A stretch of DNA of 64,000 nt from a bacterium (GTDB lineage: Bacteria; Patescibacteriota; Patescibacteriia; Patescibacteriales; UBA12465): contig DAOMZR010000001.1 in assembly GCA_035400585.1 (NCBI GenBank), positions 191,347 through 255,346 of the forward strand, given 5' to 3'. Position 1 is the first letter of the stretch; every line of letters starts with the position of its first letter. The notes below the pieces were generated by a model. It worked only from the letters and a program-made list of their open reading frames with translations. It made no database searches and was not told the origin of the DNA. Positions 37,530 to 46,478 of this stretch are shown piece after piece. The translations under genes were made by a program, and so were the position numbers.

Positions 37530-39374
37530 TTAATCTTTTTTTTCTAAATCCAAAAAATCTTCAACTTTTTTAATAATCGTTTCTGGATTGATGTTGTATT
37601 TTTTGTTATAAGCTAACTGTTTTTTTCTTCTTCTCTCCACTTCTTTAACCGCATTTTTAATTGAGCCAGTCATGTTATCGGCATACAAAATAATTTTACC
37701 TCTTACGTTACGCGCAGCTCTACCCATTGTTTGAATAAGCGACGTTTGGCTACGCAAAAAACCTTCACGATCAGCGTCTAAAATAGCCACTAATGACACT
37801 TCCGGCAAATCTAATCCCTCACGAAGCAAATTAACACCAATTAAAATATCAAATTTACCCAAACGAAAATCTTTTAAAATTTCAGTTCTAGCCAAAGTCT
37901 TAACGTCGGAGTGAAGATAGTTTGATTTTATATTTTTTTGTTTTAAATAAACATCCAAGTCTTCCGCTTGTTTTTTAGTCAACGTATTAATAATAACTCT
38001 TTCGCTCTTTTTAATTATCTTCTCCGATTCTTCTATTATATCATTAATTTGACTGTGATTATTTTTTTTATCAAAAACTGGTCTAATTTCAATTTCTGGA
38101 TCAACTAAACCCGTGGGACGAATTACTTGTTCAGCTATTTGTTTAGATTTTTCTAATTCAAATTTTCCTGGAGTGGCAGTTGTAAAAATTGTTTGTGAAA
38201 TTCTTTTTTCAAATTCACCAAATCTAAGCGGACGATTATCTAGTGCCGAAGGTAAACGCCAGCCATATTTAACCAAAGTTTCTTTACGACTTCTATCACC
38301 AGCATACATCCCACCAATTTGAGGAACAGCAATATGACTTTCATCTATTACTAGTAAAAAATCGGGCTTACCATTTTTGTCTCTAGGAAAATATTCCAAA
38401 AGAGAATCTGGAGATTCTCCAGCTAACTTACCAGTTAAGTGTCGAGAATAATTTTCAATGCCATGACAATAGCCAAGACTTCGAAGCATTTCTATGTCAT
38501 ATTTCACTCTTCGTTCTAATCTTTCAGCTTCTAAATATAGCTTATTCTTTTTAAAATATTTTAAACGATCTTTCAGCTCCTCTTTAATACTTTCTATCGC
38601 TTGCTCTATTTGGGGCTTAGTAGAAATAAAATGTTTTGGCGGAAAAATGACTATTTCTGGTAAGTGTTCTAAAATATTTTTAGTAGTATTATCAATAATA
38701 CTTAAATCAGAAACTTTTTGTTCGTTTAAATCTAATCGATAAATAATATTTTCCGACATTGGTCTAATTTCAAAAACATCCCCTCTAACTCTAAACTGAC
38801 CGCGTTTAACATCTCCCAACGATCTTTCAAATTGCATTTTTATCAATTGTGAAATCAAATCTGATCTAGTTAATGGTTTATCTTTTTCTAAATGTAAAGC
38901 GGCTTCCATGTAACTAACTGGAACACCTAGGTTATAAATACAAGAAACCGAAGCCACAATAATAACATCTCGACGAGAAAGAAGAGCCGAGGTTGCTCCG
39001 TGGCGAAGCCTGTCGATTTCATCATTAATCATTGCTTCTTTTTCAATATAAGTATCAGAATTGGGCATGTAAGCTTCTGGCTGGTAGTAATCATAATAAG
39101 AAACAAAATAATGGACAGCGTTCTCGGGAAAAAAATTTTTGTATTCTCGATATAGTTGAGCGGCTAAGGACTTATTGGGAGCCATAACCAAAACCGGTCT
39201 ATTTAGCTCTTGAATAATGTTAGCCACCGTGAAGGTTTTCCCTGAGCCAGTTACACCAAGCAGTGTTTGATAATCAAAACCCCTCTCTATTCCTTGCAGG
39301 AGCTTTTTAATGGCCTCTGGCTGATCACCAGCCGGCTTAAAACCTGATTTAAGTTTAAACAATTTTTCCTTCAC
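37530..39374 (-). CDS. uvrB: Excinuclease ABC subunit B
   Basis: LLGVTGSGKTFTVANIIQELNRPVLVMAPNKSLAAQLYREYK, YYDYYQPEAYMPNSDTYIEKE, LIQTMGRAARN. Confidence 0.97.
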   Translation of the reverse strand: MKEKLFKLKSGFKPAGDQPEAIKKLLQGIERGFDYQTLLGVTGSGKTFTVANIIQELNRPVLVMAPNKSLAAQLYREYKNFFPENAVHYFVSYYDYYQPEAYMPNSDTYIEKEAMINDEIDRLRHGATSALLSRRDVIIVASVSCIYNLGVPVSYMEAALHLEKDKPLTRSDLISQLIKMQFERSLGDVKRGQFRVRGDVFEIRPMSENIIYRLDLNEQKVSDLSIIDNTTKNILEHLPEIVIFPPKHFISTKPQIEQAIESIKEELKDRLKYFKKNKLYLEAERLERRVKYDIEMLRSLGYCHGIENYSRHLTGKLAGESPDSLLEYFPRDKNGKPDFLLVIDESHIAVPQIGGMYAGDRSRKETLVKYGWRLPSALDNRPLRFGEFEKRISQTIFTTATPGKFELEKSKQIAEQVIRPTGLVDPEIEIRPVFDKKNNHSQINDIIEESEKIIKKSERVIINTLTKKQAEDLDVYLKQKNIKSNYLHSDVKTLARTEILKDFRLGKFDILIGVNLLREGLDLPEVSLVAILDADREGFLRSQTSLIQTMGRAARNVRGKIILYADNMTGSIKNAVKEVERRRKKQLAYNKKYNINPETIIKKVEDFLDLEKKD

Positions 39375-39433
39375 AAATTTATAAAATTTATATCAATTTT
39401 AGATAATTATAACATTATTAAATTAAATAAAAA

Positions 39434-39453
39434 AGGGTTGAACCAATTCAACC
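39434..39453 (-). terminator. Hairpin terminator of the 39509-39931 gene
   Basis: Minus strand GGGTTGAATTGGTTCAACCC followed by TTTTTTATTT. Confidence 0.7.
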
Positions 39454-39466
39454 CGATGATATAATA

Positions 39467-39491
39467 AAGGGAAGCTAAATTTGCTTCCCTT
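39467..39491. terminator. Second hairpin in the same gap
   Basis: aagggaagctaaatttgcttccctt followed by T-rich sequence on the + strand. Confidence 0.55.
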
Positions 39492-39508
39492 ATATTTTTT
39501 TGCTTGGT

Positions 39509-39931
39509 TTAAACTGGAGAAAGCCAGAAAAAACCATTTTTAATAACTATTTCTGCCGGAACAACACCCAAATATATACGGTCATTGTAACAACCTTCTT
39601 CAATATTGGGACTTTCAATAAAAACAAAAACTAAAATTTTTGATTTTTCCTTTAATTCTTTTTTGGAATAAATGTCTACAACAATGCTTTTGGGTGAAAA
39701 CTTTTTTACCAAATAGCTTTCCAAAGCAACATTAAAAGAATACTTGCTTGTCAGACCATAAACCTCTTCAGAACTAAGAAAAAATTTTTGTGTTGACAAC
39801 AAGATGCTATCTTTAATATTAAGCGCTGTTTTGATTTCTTTTAAATCCACTAAAACCGAAACTGTTCTTTTCTGCGAAAAGGCAGAGATCACAACACAAA
39901 TCAAGATCAAAATAATAGTTACCTTTTTCAT
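39509..39931 (-). CDS. Small secreted hypothetical protein
   Basis: Signal peptide MKKVTIILILICVVISAFSQ; no recognised domain. Confidence 0.65.
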   Translation of the reverse strand: MKKVTIILILICVVISAFSQKRTVSVLVDLKEIKTALNIKDSILLSTQKFFLSSEEVYGLTSKYSFNVALESYLVKKFSPKSIVVDIYSKKELKEKSKILVFVFIESPNIEEGCYNDRIYLGVVPAEIVIKNGFFWLSPV

Positions 39932-40081
39932 GTTTCTTTTTTTTAGGTTAATATAATCAACATTTAAAAAATTCTTAGAAATTAAGGATGTTTTAGATGT
40001 TAACTATTTTAACCATCTTTTTAAAGAGCCTTGCTACGACTTTCAACTATAACATATTTAAAAATATTTGTCAATAGTTAC

Positions 40082-40315
40082 TTATTTTTTACTCTTTTTT
40101 AAAATAAAACAACTTAAAACAAAAGAGATTAAAAAGAATAAAGCACCATAAAAACAAGGGGTTATAAAGGGATTTACAACCTGACCGCCAGGAGCACAAC
40201 CCAAAGAGCATGGTTCATAGTTTAACCAATCTCTTAATTCTATCGAAAAATTAATAAGAGCAAACAACGTTCCAAATAAAAGAACATAAAATTGAACTAA
40301 AATTAGTTTTTTCAT
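40082..40315 (-). CDS. Small two-TM hypothetical protein with Cys-containing loop
   Basis: MKKLILVQFYVLLFGTLFALI ... EPCSLGCAPGGQVVNPFITPCFYG ... FFLISFVLSCFILKKSKK. Confidence 0.6.
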   Translation of the reverse strand: MKKLILVQFYVLLFGTLFALINFSIELRDWLNYEPCSLGCAPGGQVVNPFITPCFYGALFFLISFVLSCFILKKSKK

Positions 40316-40358
40316 ACTTTTAAAAAATCAATTATATATAAGTTTAACTATTTTTAAA

Positions 40359-40820
40359 CTAATAATGATATCTTTTTCCCTTTTCAATACTAACCGCTCG
40401 ATAAATTTGCTCAACTAAAATAGCTTTAGCCATCTCATGCAAAAAAGTCATTTTAGACAGTGATAACCTTTGATAATCAATTAAAATATCAAAATTAAAA
40501 CCTAAAGCTCCAGCAATTACAAAAATTATTGGCCGATCAATAGAAAATATTTTCTCAGAAAATTGAATTGAATCCAGCTCTTGTCCATTTTCTGACAACA
40601 AAAAAATCTCAGAATTTTTATTTTTATTTAAAAATTCTAAAATTCTTTCACTTTCCTGCTGTTTAACAATTGAAATATTTTTTTCAGAAAAACTTTTGGC
40701 TGGCAATTCAACAAAATCTAGCTTTATTTCTTTACTCAATCTTTTACTGTATTCATTTATTATTTCGCGATAATATTTTTCTTTAACAGCCCCGATACTT
40801 AAAATTGTTATTTTTTTCAT
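40359..40820 (-). CDS. rlmH: 23S rRNA (pseudouridine1915-N3)-methyltransferase RlmH
   Basis: KKITILSIGAVKEKYYREIINEYSKRL, FVIAGALGFNFDIL, LSLSKMTFLHEMAKAILVEQIYRAVSIEKGKRYHY. Confidence 0.93.
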   Translation of the reverse strand: MKKITILSIGAVKEKYYREIINEYSKRLSKEIKLDFVELPAKSFSEKNISIVKQQESERILEFLNKNKNSEIFLLSENGQELDSIQFSEKIFSIDRPIIFVIAGALGFNFDILIDYQRLSLSKMTFLHEMAKAILVEQIYRAVSIEKGKRYHY

Positions 40821-40856
40821 AAAACAATATTAACATAAAAAATAGGTAAAAGATAG

Positions 40857-40886
40857 TTGACTTTTCTCCTTATTTTATGTTAGCAT
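40857..40886 (+). promoter_or_regulatory. Candidate sigma70-type promoter for the T9SS-like cassette
   Basis: TTGACT (40857-40862), 18-nt gap, TAGCAT (40881-40886), about 29 bp before the first ORF; AT-rich context lowers weight. Confidence 0.4.
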
Positions 40887-40914
40887 TTATAGTTCGTTGA
40901 ACATTAAAAACTAA

Positions 40915-42504
40915 ATGAAAATCATAAACCAAAATAATCAGAAAATGAAAAGAAACCTGTTTTTATCGCTACTAGCGATATTTGTCTTGCTTGAAATTAG
41001 CAAGGCTCAAATAGTTGAACTCCAAGGAATTAATTGTCCCGGAGAGTTTACTGGTAAACTAGGTGTTGTTACCGATTTTGGTACCGAACCCTATACATAC
41101 CTTTGGAATACCGGAGAAACTACAAATATTATCTCAGGACTTAGTTCTGGATTTTATTCTGTTTCCGTAACCGATGCATTATTGGTAAATCGAGTTTTTA
41201 ATTACAATTTAAACGACCCACTACCAATAACAAACTCTTATTTAACAACTAATAATTCCTCTTGGCCAAACCCAACCGGAACTATTAGTGTAACATCTAG
41301 CGGAGGCACTGGTTGGTATGCCTATTATCTACAAGATAGTACTAGCCAAAAATACATTAATCAATCTGGACCAAACTTTTCTAATCTTTACTCTGGTACT
41401 TATTATTTAGAAACCTTTGATTTAAATGGTTGCCAAAGAAAAGATACTGTTTTAGTTGGTGAAGATGCTGGAATTATACCTAATAATTTTGATATTGATT
41501 ACACAGTCTGCTATGAAGGCACCGCTCCAATTGACATAGAGCCAGGAACAATTCAGGTTCCAGCCTTAATAATAATTGGAGAGGACACAACAACAATCGT
41601 CAAAATTATTCCTGGTCCTAGGCCATACATCAACAGCTTAAACGATACCTTGTCAGTAATTTCTGGGAATGTCTTGCCTGGAAAAAATGAATTTAAAATT
41701 GTAACCTCCGATAACAAGGGTTTTCGTTACTCGTGGTTCGTTGATAGCGTTTTAACTCCCATAAAAATAACCTGGGAACAAGAAAATGTTTTGTGTCACG
41801 GTGGTAATACTGGAAGAATAATTGTTTTAGCTGAAGGAAGTTATAACGATTTTAGTTATAGAATTACTGGTCCTAATTCCTTTTCTAGCAACAACTCTTC
41901 TATAAACAATTTATATGCCGGCAACTATACCGTTACAGCAGAAGATTCTACTGGTTGTAGCATATCTCAAAGCATTATAATTGAAGAACCGATCGAACCT
42001 CTAAGAATTCATTTTGAAACGTTTAAAACTTTTTGTCCTGAATCCGAAGATGGGAGAATATATATAAGATATATAGAAAATGGTTTACCACCTTTTTCAT
42101 ATCTTTGGAGCACTGGAAATGTTTCTTCTGAAATTGATTCTTTAGAAGTCGGTTGGTACAACCTTCGAGTAACCGATTCCAATGGATGTATCGCTTTAGA
42201 TTCGGCTCAAATTACTGGAGGAAATGAAGTTTGCGTTCCAACTGTAATCACCCCGAACGGAGATGGTCACAACGATTTTTTTAATGTTAACAATTTATGT
42301 TATTACTCAGATATTAAAATCGTTATAACTGATAATTTGGGAAAAATTATTTTTGAAACCAACGATTGCAACAACCTTTGGGATGGCAAAGATAAGTCAG
42401 GAAATCTTGTTGATTCCAAAACCACTGTGTTTGTTTATATTGAACAAACAAAAAATGATGGGACTGTTAAAAAATTCAGAAAAACAGTGACAGTATTATA
42501 TTAG
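40915..42504 (+). CDS. Secreted SprB-repeat-like protein with gliding-motility-associated C-terminal (CHU_C-like, T9SS-type) domain
   Basis: Repeat-like segments CHGGNTGRIIVLAEG...SINNLYAGNYTVTAEDSTGC and CPESEDGRIYI...FSYLWSTG...LEVGWYNLRVTDSNGC. C-terminus VCVPTVITPNGDGHNDFFNVNNLCYYSDIKIVITDNLGKIIFET...LWDGKDKSG. A better start is probably MKIINQNNQKMKRNLF or the internal MKRNLF. Confidence 0.9.
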   Translation: MKIINQNNQKMKRNLFLSLLAIFVLLEISKAQIVELQGINCPGEFTGKLGVVTDFGTEPYTYLWNTGETTNIISGLSSGFYSVSVTDALLVNRVFNYNLNDPLPITNSYLTTNNSSWPNPTGTISVTSSGGTGWYAYYLQDSTSQKYINQSGPNFSNLYSGTYYLETFDLNGCQRKDTVLVGEDAGIIPNNFDIDYTVCYEGTAPIDIEPGTIQVPALIIIGEDTTTIVKIIPGPRPYINSLNDTLSVISGNVLPGKNEFKIVTSDNKGFRYSWFVDSVLTPIKITWEQENVLCHGGNTGRIIVLAEGSYNDFSYRITGPNSFSSNNSSINNLYAGNYTVTAEDSTGCSISQSIIIEEPIEPLRIHFETFKTFCPESEDGRIYIRYIENGLPPFSYLWSTGNVSSEIDSLEVGWYNLRVTDSNGCIALDSAQITGGNEVCVPTVITPNGDGHNDFFNVNNLCYYSDIKIVITDNLGKIIFETNDCNNLWDGKDKSGNLVDSKTTVFVYIEQTKNDGTVKKFRKTVTVLY

Positions 42505-42527
42505 TACTAACAACAAAAATCTAAACA

Positions 42528-43436
42528 ATGAAAAAAATTAAAGTTTTCTCTTTGTTGATAGTGCTATCAACAGGAGTGTTGGCTCAAAATTGGGGAGAAT
42601 ATGATCCCTATCTTTCCAACCCTAGTCTTGGCGCTCACAATGAAATGTTAAAAATAGGATCATTGTATCAGACTGAAATGACCGCTTATGACTACAATCC
42701 AAAATCTTGGTTGTTTTGGGCTACAAGCCCTTTTAATAACCAAAGAGTGGCCTGGGGATTGAAGCTTTCTTCAATTGAAGGTGGTGTTTTAAAAAACACA
42801 TCAGCTGAAGCAAATTTTATATATAATATCCCCTTAAGCGAAACACGTCTGTCATTTTCCTTAGGAGGAAGTGTTAATCAACTTCAATTAATTCGTGAAA
42901 GAGTTGAGGTTTATGATTTAAACGACCCAATTATTCAAGGCGCTGAAAGTGGAAATTGGTTCAATGCAAATTTTGGAATATCTTTTTCAAAAGTAAATAC
43001 CTATTATTTTGGATTGGCAGCTTATAATCTACTACCAAGTCAAACCAATTGGATGGTGTCTAGCTTTGAAAACAAATCAAAAATTACATATAATCTTTCG
43101 GGAATGTATACTTTTGATTTTTTAGAAGGAAATTTGCAATGGGAACTGACTGGACTTGCCTCAACCAATCATCCCGAAAATTTTGACTTGTTAAAATATT
43201 GTATTTCAACCAGAATAATGTTTTTTAAAAAAAGCTTCTGGATTGGAACCGGATATTTAAACGAGACAACAATTAAGGGTAATTTTGGTGTCAATGTTCA
43301 GAATGTATCATTTGCCTATACTGGATACTATTCTCTAGGGACAGCAAGCAATTACGGCTACTCCTTCACTAAACATGAGGTTGTCGTAATATTAAAATTA
43401 CCTTACAGTAAAGCATCAAAAAACAGTGGCGCATGA
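42528..43436 (+). CDS. PorP/SprF-like type IX secretion-associated outer-membrane protein
   Basis: Signal peptide ending VLAQ, then QNWGEYDPYLSNPSLGAHNE, beta-strand-rich segments (SFSLGGSVNQLQLI, WFNANFGISFSKVNTYYFGLAAYNLLPSQ, SFAYTGYYSLGTASNYGYSFTKHEVVVILKLP); gene order as in Bacteroidota sprB-sprF pairs. Confidence 0.78.
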   Translation: MKKIKVFSLLIVLSTGVLAQNWGEYDPYLSNPSLGAHNEMLKIGSLYQTEMTAYDYNPKSWLFWATSPFNNQRVAWGLKLSSIEGGVLKNTSAEANFIYNIPLSETRLSFSLGGSVNQLQLIRERVEVYDLNDPIIQGAESGNWFNANFGISFSKVNTYYFGLAAYNLLPSQTNWMVSSFENKSKITYNLSGMYTFDFLEGNLQWELTGLASTNHPENFDLLKYCISTRIMFFKKSFWIGTGYLNETTIKGNFGVNVQNVSFAYTGYYSLGTASNYGYSFTKHEVVVILKLPYSKASKNSGA

Positions 43437-44764
43437 AAATTACAATCCTAACGCTCTTAATATTTTTTTCTTCTCTGGAAATATCGGCCCAATCAATTGA
43501 TTCCGTTTGGCAAGTTAAAAATTTACCAATAAATTCGGAATTTGATGAATACATGCCCTTTTTAGTGGATACAATTCTAATATTTACTTCCACTAGAAAA
43601 AATTCCCGAGAAGATAAAATTTTTGAGAACACAGAAAAAATATATTATACACCGCTTATTGATACAAGCTTCGGAAAAATAAGAAAATTTACTTACAAGG
43701 CAAATTCGGATGCAAACTCAGCTTTGATTGGTTGCTCTAAAAGTCATTTCTTTTTTTATCGAAGTTATTTTAATAATAACGGTGAGATATTTCTTGCGCC
43801 CAGAAGAGAGATAAACATTAAGATGTTGAAAAAAATTCAAAACATTTTATCCGACAAAGATGAAAATAGTATATCTGTAGTGGAAGATAGTATTTATTTT
43901 ACCAGCAACCGCAACGGAAGCTATGACATCTATCTGCAAACAAAGAAAGAAAAACCAATCCCTTTGGATGTGCTAAATTCAAGTTTTGAAGAACAAGGTG
44001 TTTGGATCTCATCAACAAACAATGAGCTTTATTTTAGCTCTAATCGTGAAGGATCGTTTGATATTTACTGTTCCGATAAAATTGATGGGGCCTGGCAAAT
44101 TCCAAAAAGATTGCCCTTCCCCATTAATACAGAATTTGATGAGCAGGATTTTCGCAAACACAATGATTCAACATTTTTTCTAGCTTCAAATCGTTCTGGT
44201 GGTGTTGGTGGATATGATTTATACAAAATCATGAAAAGCGAAACAAATAAAATCAACACCACTGATACCAGCGAACTAATAATTAAAGAGCCTGAAGAAT
44301 CAACCGACACTACCGTAATCATTATTACCGAACAAGACTCTTTAACTAGCAGAGAACAATTATTGATAGAACTAAAAAAATTAGATCTCATTCCTTTTAG
44401 AGGAGAAATTCAATTGGGTGCGTACAGAAATAATTTAACTTCTGTAAAATTATTTAAAGATTGGTTTGATTGCATCAAAGATCAAAACATTCGCATGGAC
44501 GTTTTTGATGACAAAAAAGAAAAACTTCCTTTAAATAAATTTATAATTGATCAGATTTACACCGACCTAGACTCTGCCCTAAATAAACAAAAAGAAATAA
44601 TAAGAAAGGGTTGTCTACCTACCACGTTTGAAGGAACTCCTTTTATTGCCCTTCTTAGAGCCGATAAAAAGCGTTATGCTATTTTCTGGAAAGAAGAAGA
44701 GTATAAAAATAAAGAAGTTTTCTGGATAACATTGGAAGGAAAAAAAATCTGGCAAAGCAACTAG
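43433..44764 (+). CDS. Secreted PD40/TolB-like beta-propeller protein with a SPOR-like or unknown C-terminus
   Basis: Signal peptide ending ISAQ; repeated IYFTSNRNGSYDIYLQTK, LYFSSNREGSFDIYCSDK and FFLASNRSGGVGGYDLYKI; overlaps the PorP/SprF-like stop codon. Confidence 0.8.
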   Translation: MKITILTLLIFFSSLEISAQSIDSVWQVKNLPINSEFDEYMPFLVDTILIFTSTRKNSREDKIFENTEKIYYTPLIDTSFGKIRKFTYKANSDANSALIGCSKSHFFFYRSYFNNNGEIFLAPRREINIKMLKKIQNILSDKDENSISVVEDSIYFTSNRNGSYDIYLQTKKEKPIPLDVLNSSFEEQGVWISSTNNELYFSSNREGSFDIYCSDKIDGAWQIPKRLPFPINTEFDEQDFRKHNDSTFFLASNRSGGVGGYDLYKIMKSETNKINTTDTSELIIKEPEESTDTTVIIITEQDSLTSREQLLIELKKLDLIPFRGEIQLGAYRNNLTSVKLFKDWFDCIKDQNIRMDVFDDKKEKLPLNKFIIDQIYTDLDSALNKQKEIIRKGCLPTTFEGTPFIALLRADKKRYAIFWKEEEYKNKEVFWITLEGKKIWQSN

Positions 44765-44798
44765 AAAAAAGCCCCTAAATTTTAGGGGCTCTTTTTTT
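44765..44798. terminator. Strong terminator closing the T9SS-like cassette
   Basis: aaaaaagcccctaaatttaggggctcttttttt. Confidence 0.85.
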
Positions 44799-44823
44799 AT
44801 TATCTTATTTTGTTTATTCTTTA

Positions 44824-45921
44824 TCATTTTAACTTATTTATTTCTTTCGGTTTAAATATACCATCTTCAGTTATAATGCCGGTGATTAAATCAGCCGGGG
44901 TAACATCAAAAACTGGATTAAAAGCTTTAGTACCTTTGGGAGAAATTTCCAACAAAGGATTAAAATTTCTTCCTTGTTTTTTAGACAAATTTCTATTTTC
45001 CCAGAAAGAAGTATGTTTCAAGACTTCGTCACCAGAACGATGCTCTATTTTTATTTCTTTGCCTGTTTTTGTATCAAAATCAATTGTGGCCTTAACGGCA
45101 GCTATATAAAAAGGAATTTTGTACCTTTTAGACATCAAAGCTAAAGGATAAGTCCCGATCTTATTGGCTGTGTCGCCGTTTAAAGCTATTCTATCGGCAC
45201 CGACTATTACCATATCAACCATTTTATTCTCCATTAAAAATCCACTAGCGCTATCAATATTTACTCGATGCTCAATGCCAGATTTATTCATTTCCCAGGC
45301 AGTCAATCTAGCTCCTTGAAGCCAAGGTCTAGTTTCATCAATTAAAACTGATATTTTTTTACCATTTAAAACAGCACTATATATCGGAGCTGTAGCTGTT
45401 CCATACCAAATAGCTGAAAGTGATCCGGCATTACAATGAGTCATGATGCGATAATTGTTTTTAATTAATTTCTCACCGTAAGCTCCTATTTTTAAATTAT
45501 TATTTACTTCGCTCTCTAATAATTTTTTATAAGAATTATAAATATCTTTTTTAATACCACCAACAGTATTTGAATTTATTTCGCTAAGTATTTTATTCAC
45601 AGCCCAAGACAAATTATTGGCTGTTGGACGAGCCTTAATTATTTCTTGAGCTATTTTTTTTAAATAATTTAAAAAATCAAAGGGATTACTTTTTTTGTAG
45701 GCCAAAGAGGCTAAAAAAACACCAGCACCACCAACGGCCCCAATAGCCTGAGCTCCTCGAACATTAAACTCTTTTATAGCTAAAATTGCCTGACTATATT
45801 TTTTAAGTTGAATAAATTTCAGTTTATCGGGCAAATAAACTTGATCAATTATTATTACCCTATCCTTTTTTAACTCGACAGTTAATGGCAAAAGTTTTTG
45901 TAATTGCTTTAAATTTTTCAT
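44824..45921 (-). CDS. mtnA: MtnA-like aldose-1-phosphate isomerase (S-methyl-5-thioribose-1-phosphate isomerase family)
   Basis: FNVRGAQAIGAVGGAGVFLA, IMTHCNAGSLSAIWYGTATAPIYSA, DETRPWLQGARLTAWEM, VIVGADRIALNGDTANKIGTYPLA, NPVFDVTPADLITGIITEDG. Confidence 0.9.
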   Translation of the reverse strand: MKNLKQLQKLLPLTVELKKDRVIIIDQVYLPDKLKFIQLKKYSQAILAIKEFNVRGAQAIGAVGGAGVFLASLAYKKSNPFDFLNYLKKIAQEIIKARPTANNLSWAVNKILSEINSNTVGGIKKDIYNSYKKLLESEVNNNLKIGAYGEKLIKNNYRIMTHCNAGSLSAIWYGTATAPIYSAVLNGKKISVLIDETRPWLQGARLTAWEMNKSGIEHRVNIDSASGFLMENKMVDMVIVGADRIALNGDTANKIGTYPLALMSKRYKIPFYIAAVKATIDFDTKTGKEIKIEHRSGDEVLKHTSFWENRNLSKKQGRNFNPLLEISPKGTKAFNPVFDVTPADLITGIITEDGIFKPKEINKLK

Positions 45922-46474
45922 GATATTTTTGAATTAATTTTAGAGTTGATGAAATATTTTTACCTAAAGCTAAAACCCCATGATTTTGCATTATTAAATA
46001 ATCCCCCTTTTTTGAAGCGTTTTTAATTGCTCTAGCTGATTCCATTGTTCCGTAAGAATATTCTCTAACATAAATAACATTATCTAATTTATCCTTACAA
46101 TTTACAGCCAAAAAATCATGAGAATGCAAAACGCAATTTATATCTGGTCGAGCCTGATAAACACCCCAATGAAGACGAGCTTCAGAACTTGGTTCTTTCT
46201 TTCCATAAACATAAACATCATCACCCTTAAAACCAGAAACTAAAACAAAATCACTCTTTTTTAGTTGATGAGGAAAAGAACCAGTGGTTTTAATAATTAT
46301 TCCCTTTTTAGTTCTAACACTAAAATTACCACCATTATTATCTTTGCAGCCCAATTTAGCCAAATCTTTTCCGGTTTTAATTAGCTTCTCCATTAAACCT
46401 AATTCTTTGGGGCTAGGACTAAAATCACCCTTATAAACAGTTTTAAATTTAGTACCAATATATTTTTCACCCAT
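45860..46474 (-). CDS. Class II aldolase/adducin-family protein (aldolase or MtnB-like dehydratase)
   Basis: NNGGNFSVRTKKGIIIKTTGS, PSSEARLHWGVYQARPDINCVLHSHD, YLIMQNHGVLALG (zinc-ligand histidines HSH and H). Confidence 0.88.
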   Translation of the reverse strand: MGEKYIGTKFKTVYKGDFSPSPKELGLMEKLIKTGKDLAKLGCKDNNGGNFSVRTKKGIIIKTTGSFPHQLKKSDFVLVSGFKGDDVYVYGKKEPSSEARLHWGVYQARPDINCVLHSHDFLAVNCKDKLDNVIYVREYSYGTMESARAIKNASKKGDYLIMQNHGVLALGKNISSTLKLIQKYHEKFKAITKTFAINCRVKKG

Positions 46475-46478
46475 AAAA

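Noticed and set aside
38113-38742. Forward ORFs of 69 and 82 aa inside uvrB.
   Set aside because: Antisense to uvrB; no independent support.
43369-43632. Reverse ORF of 87 aa across the PorP/PD40 junction.
   Set aside because: Antisense to two supported genes in an overlapping start/stop arrangement.
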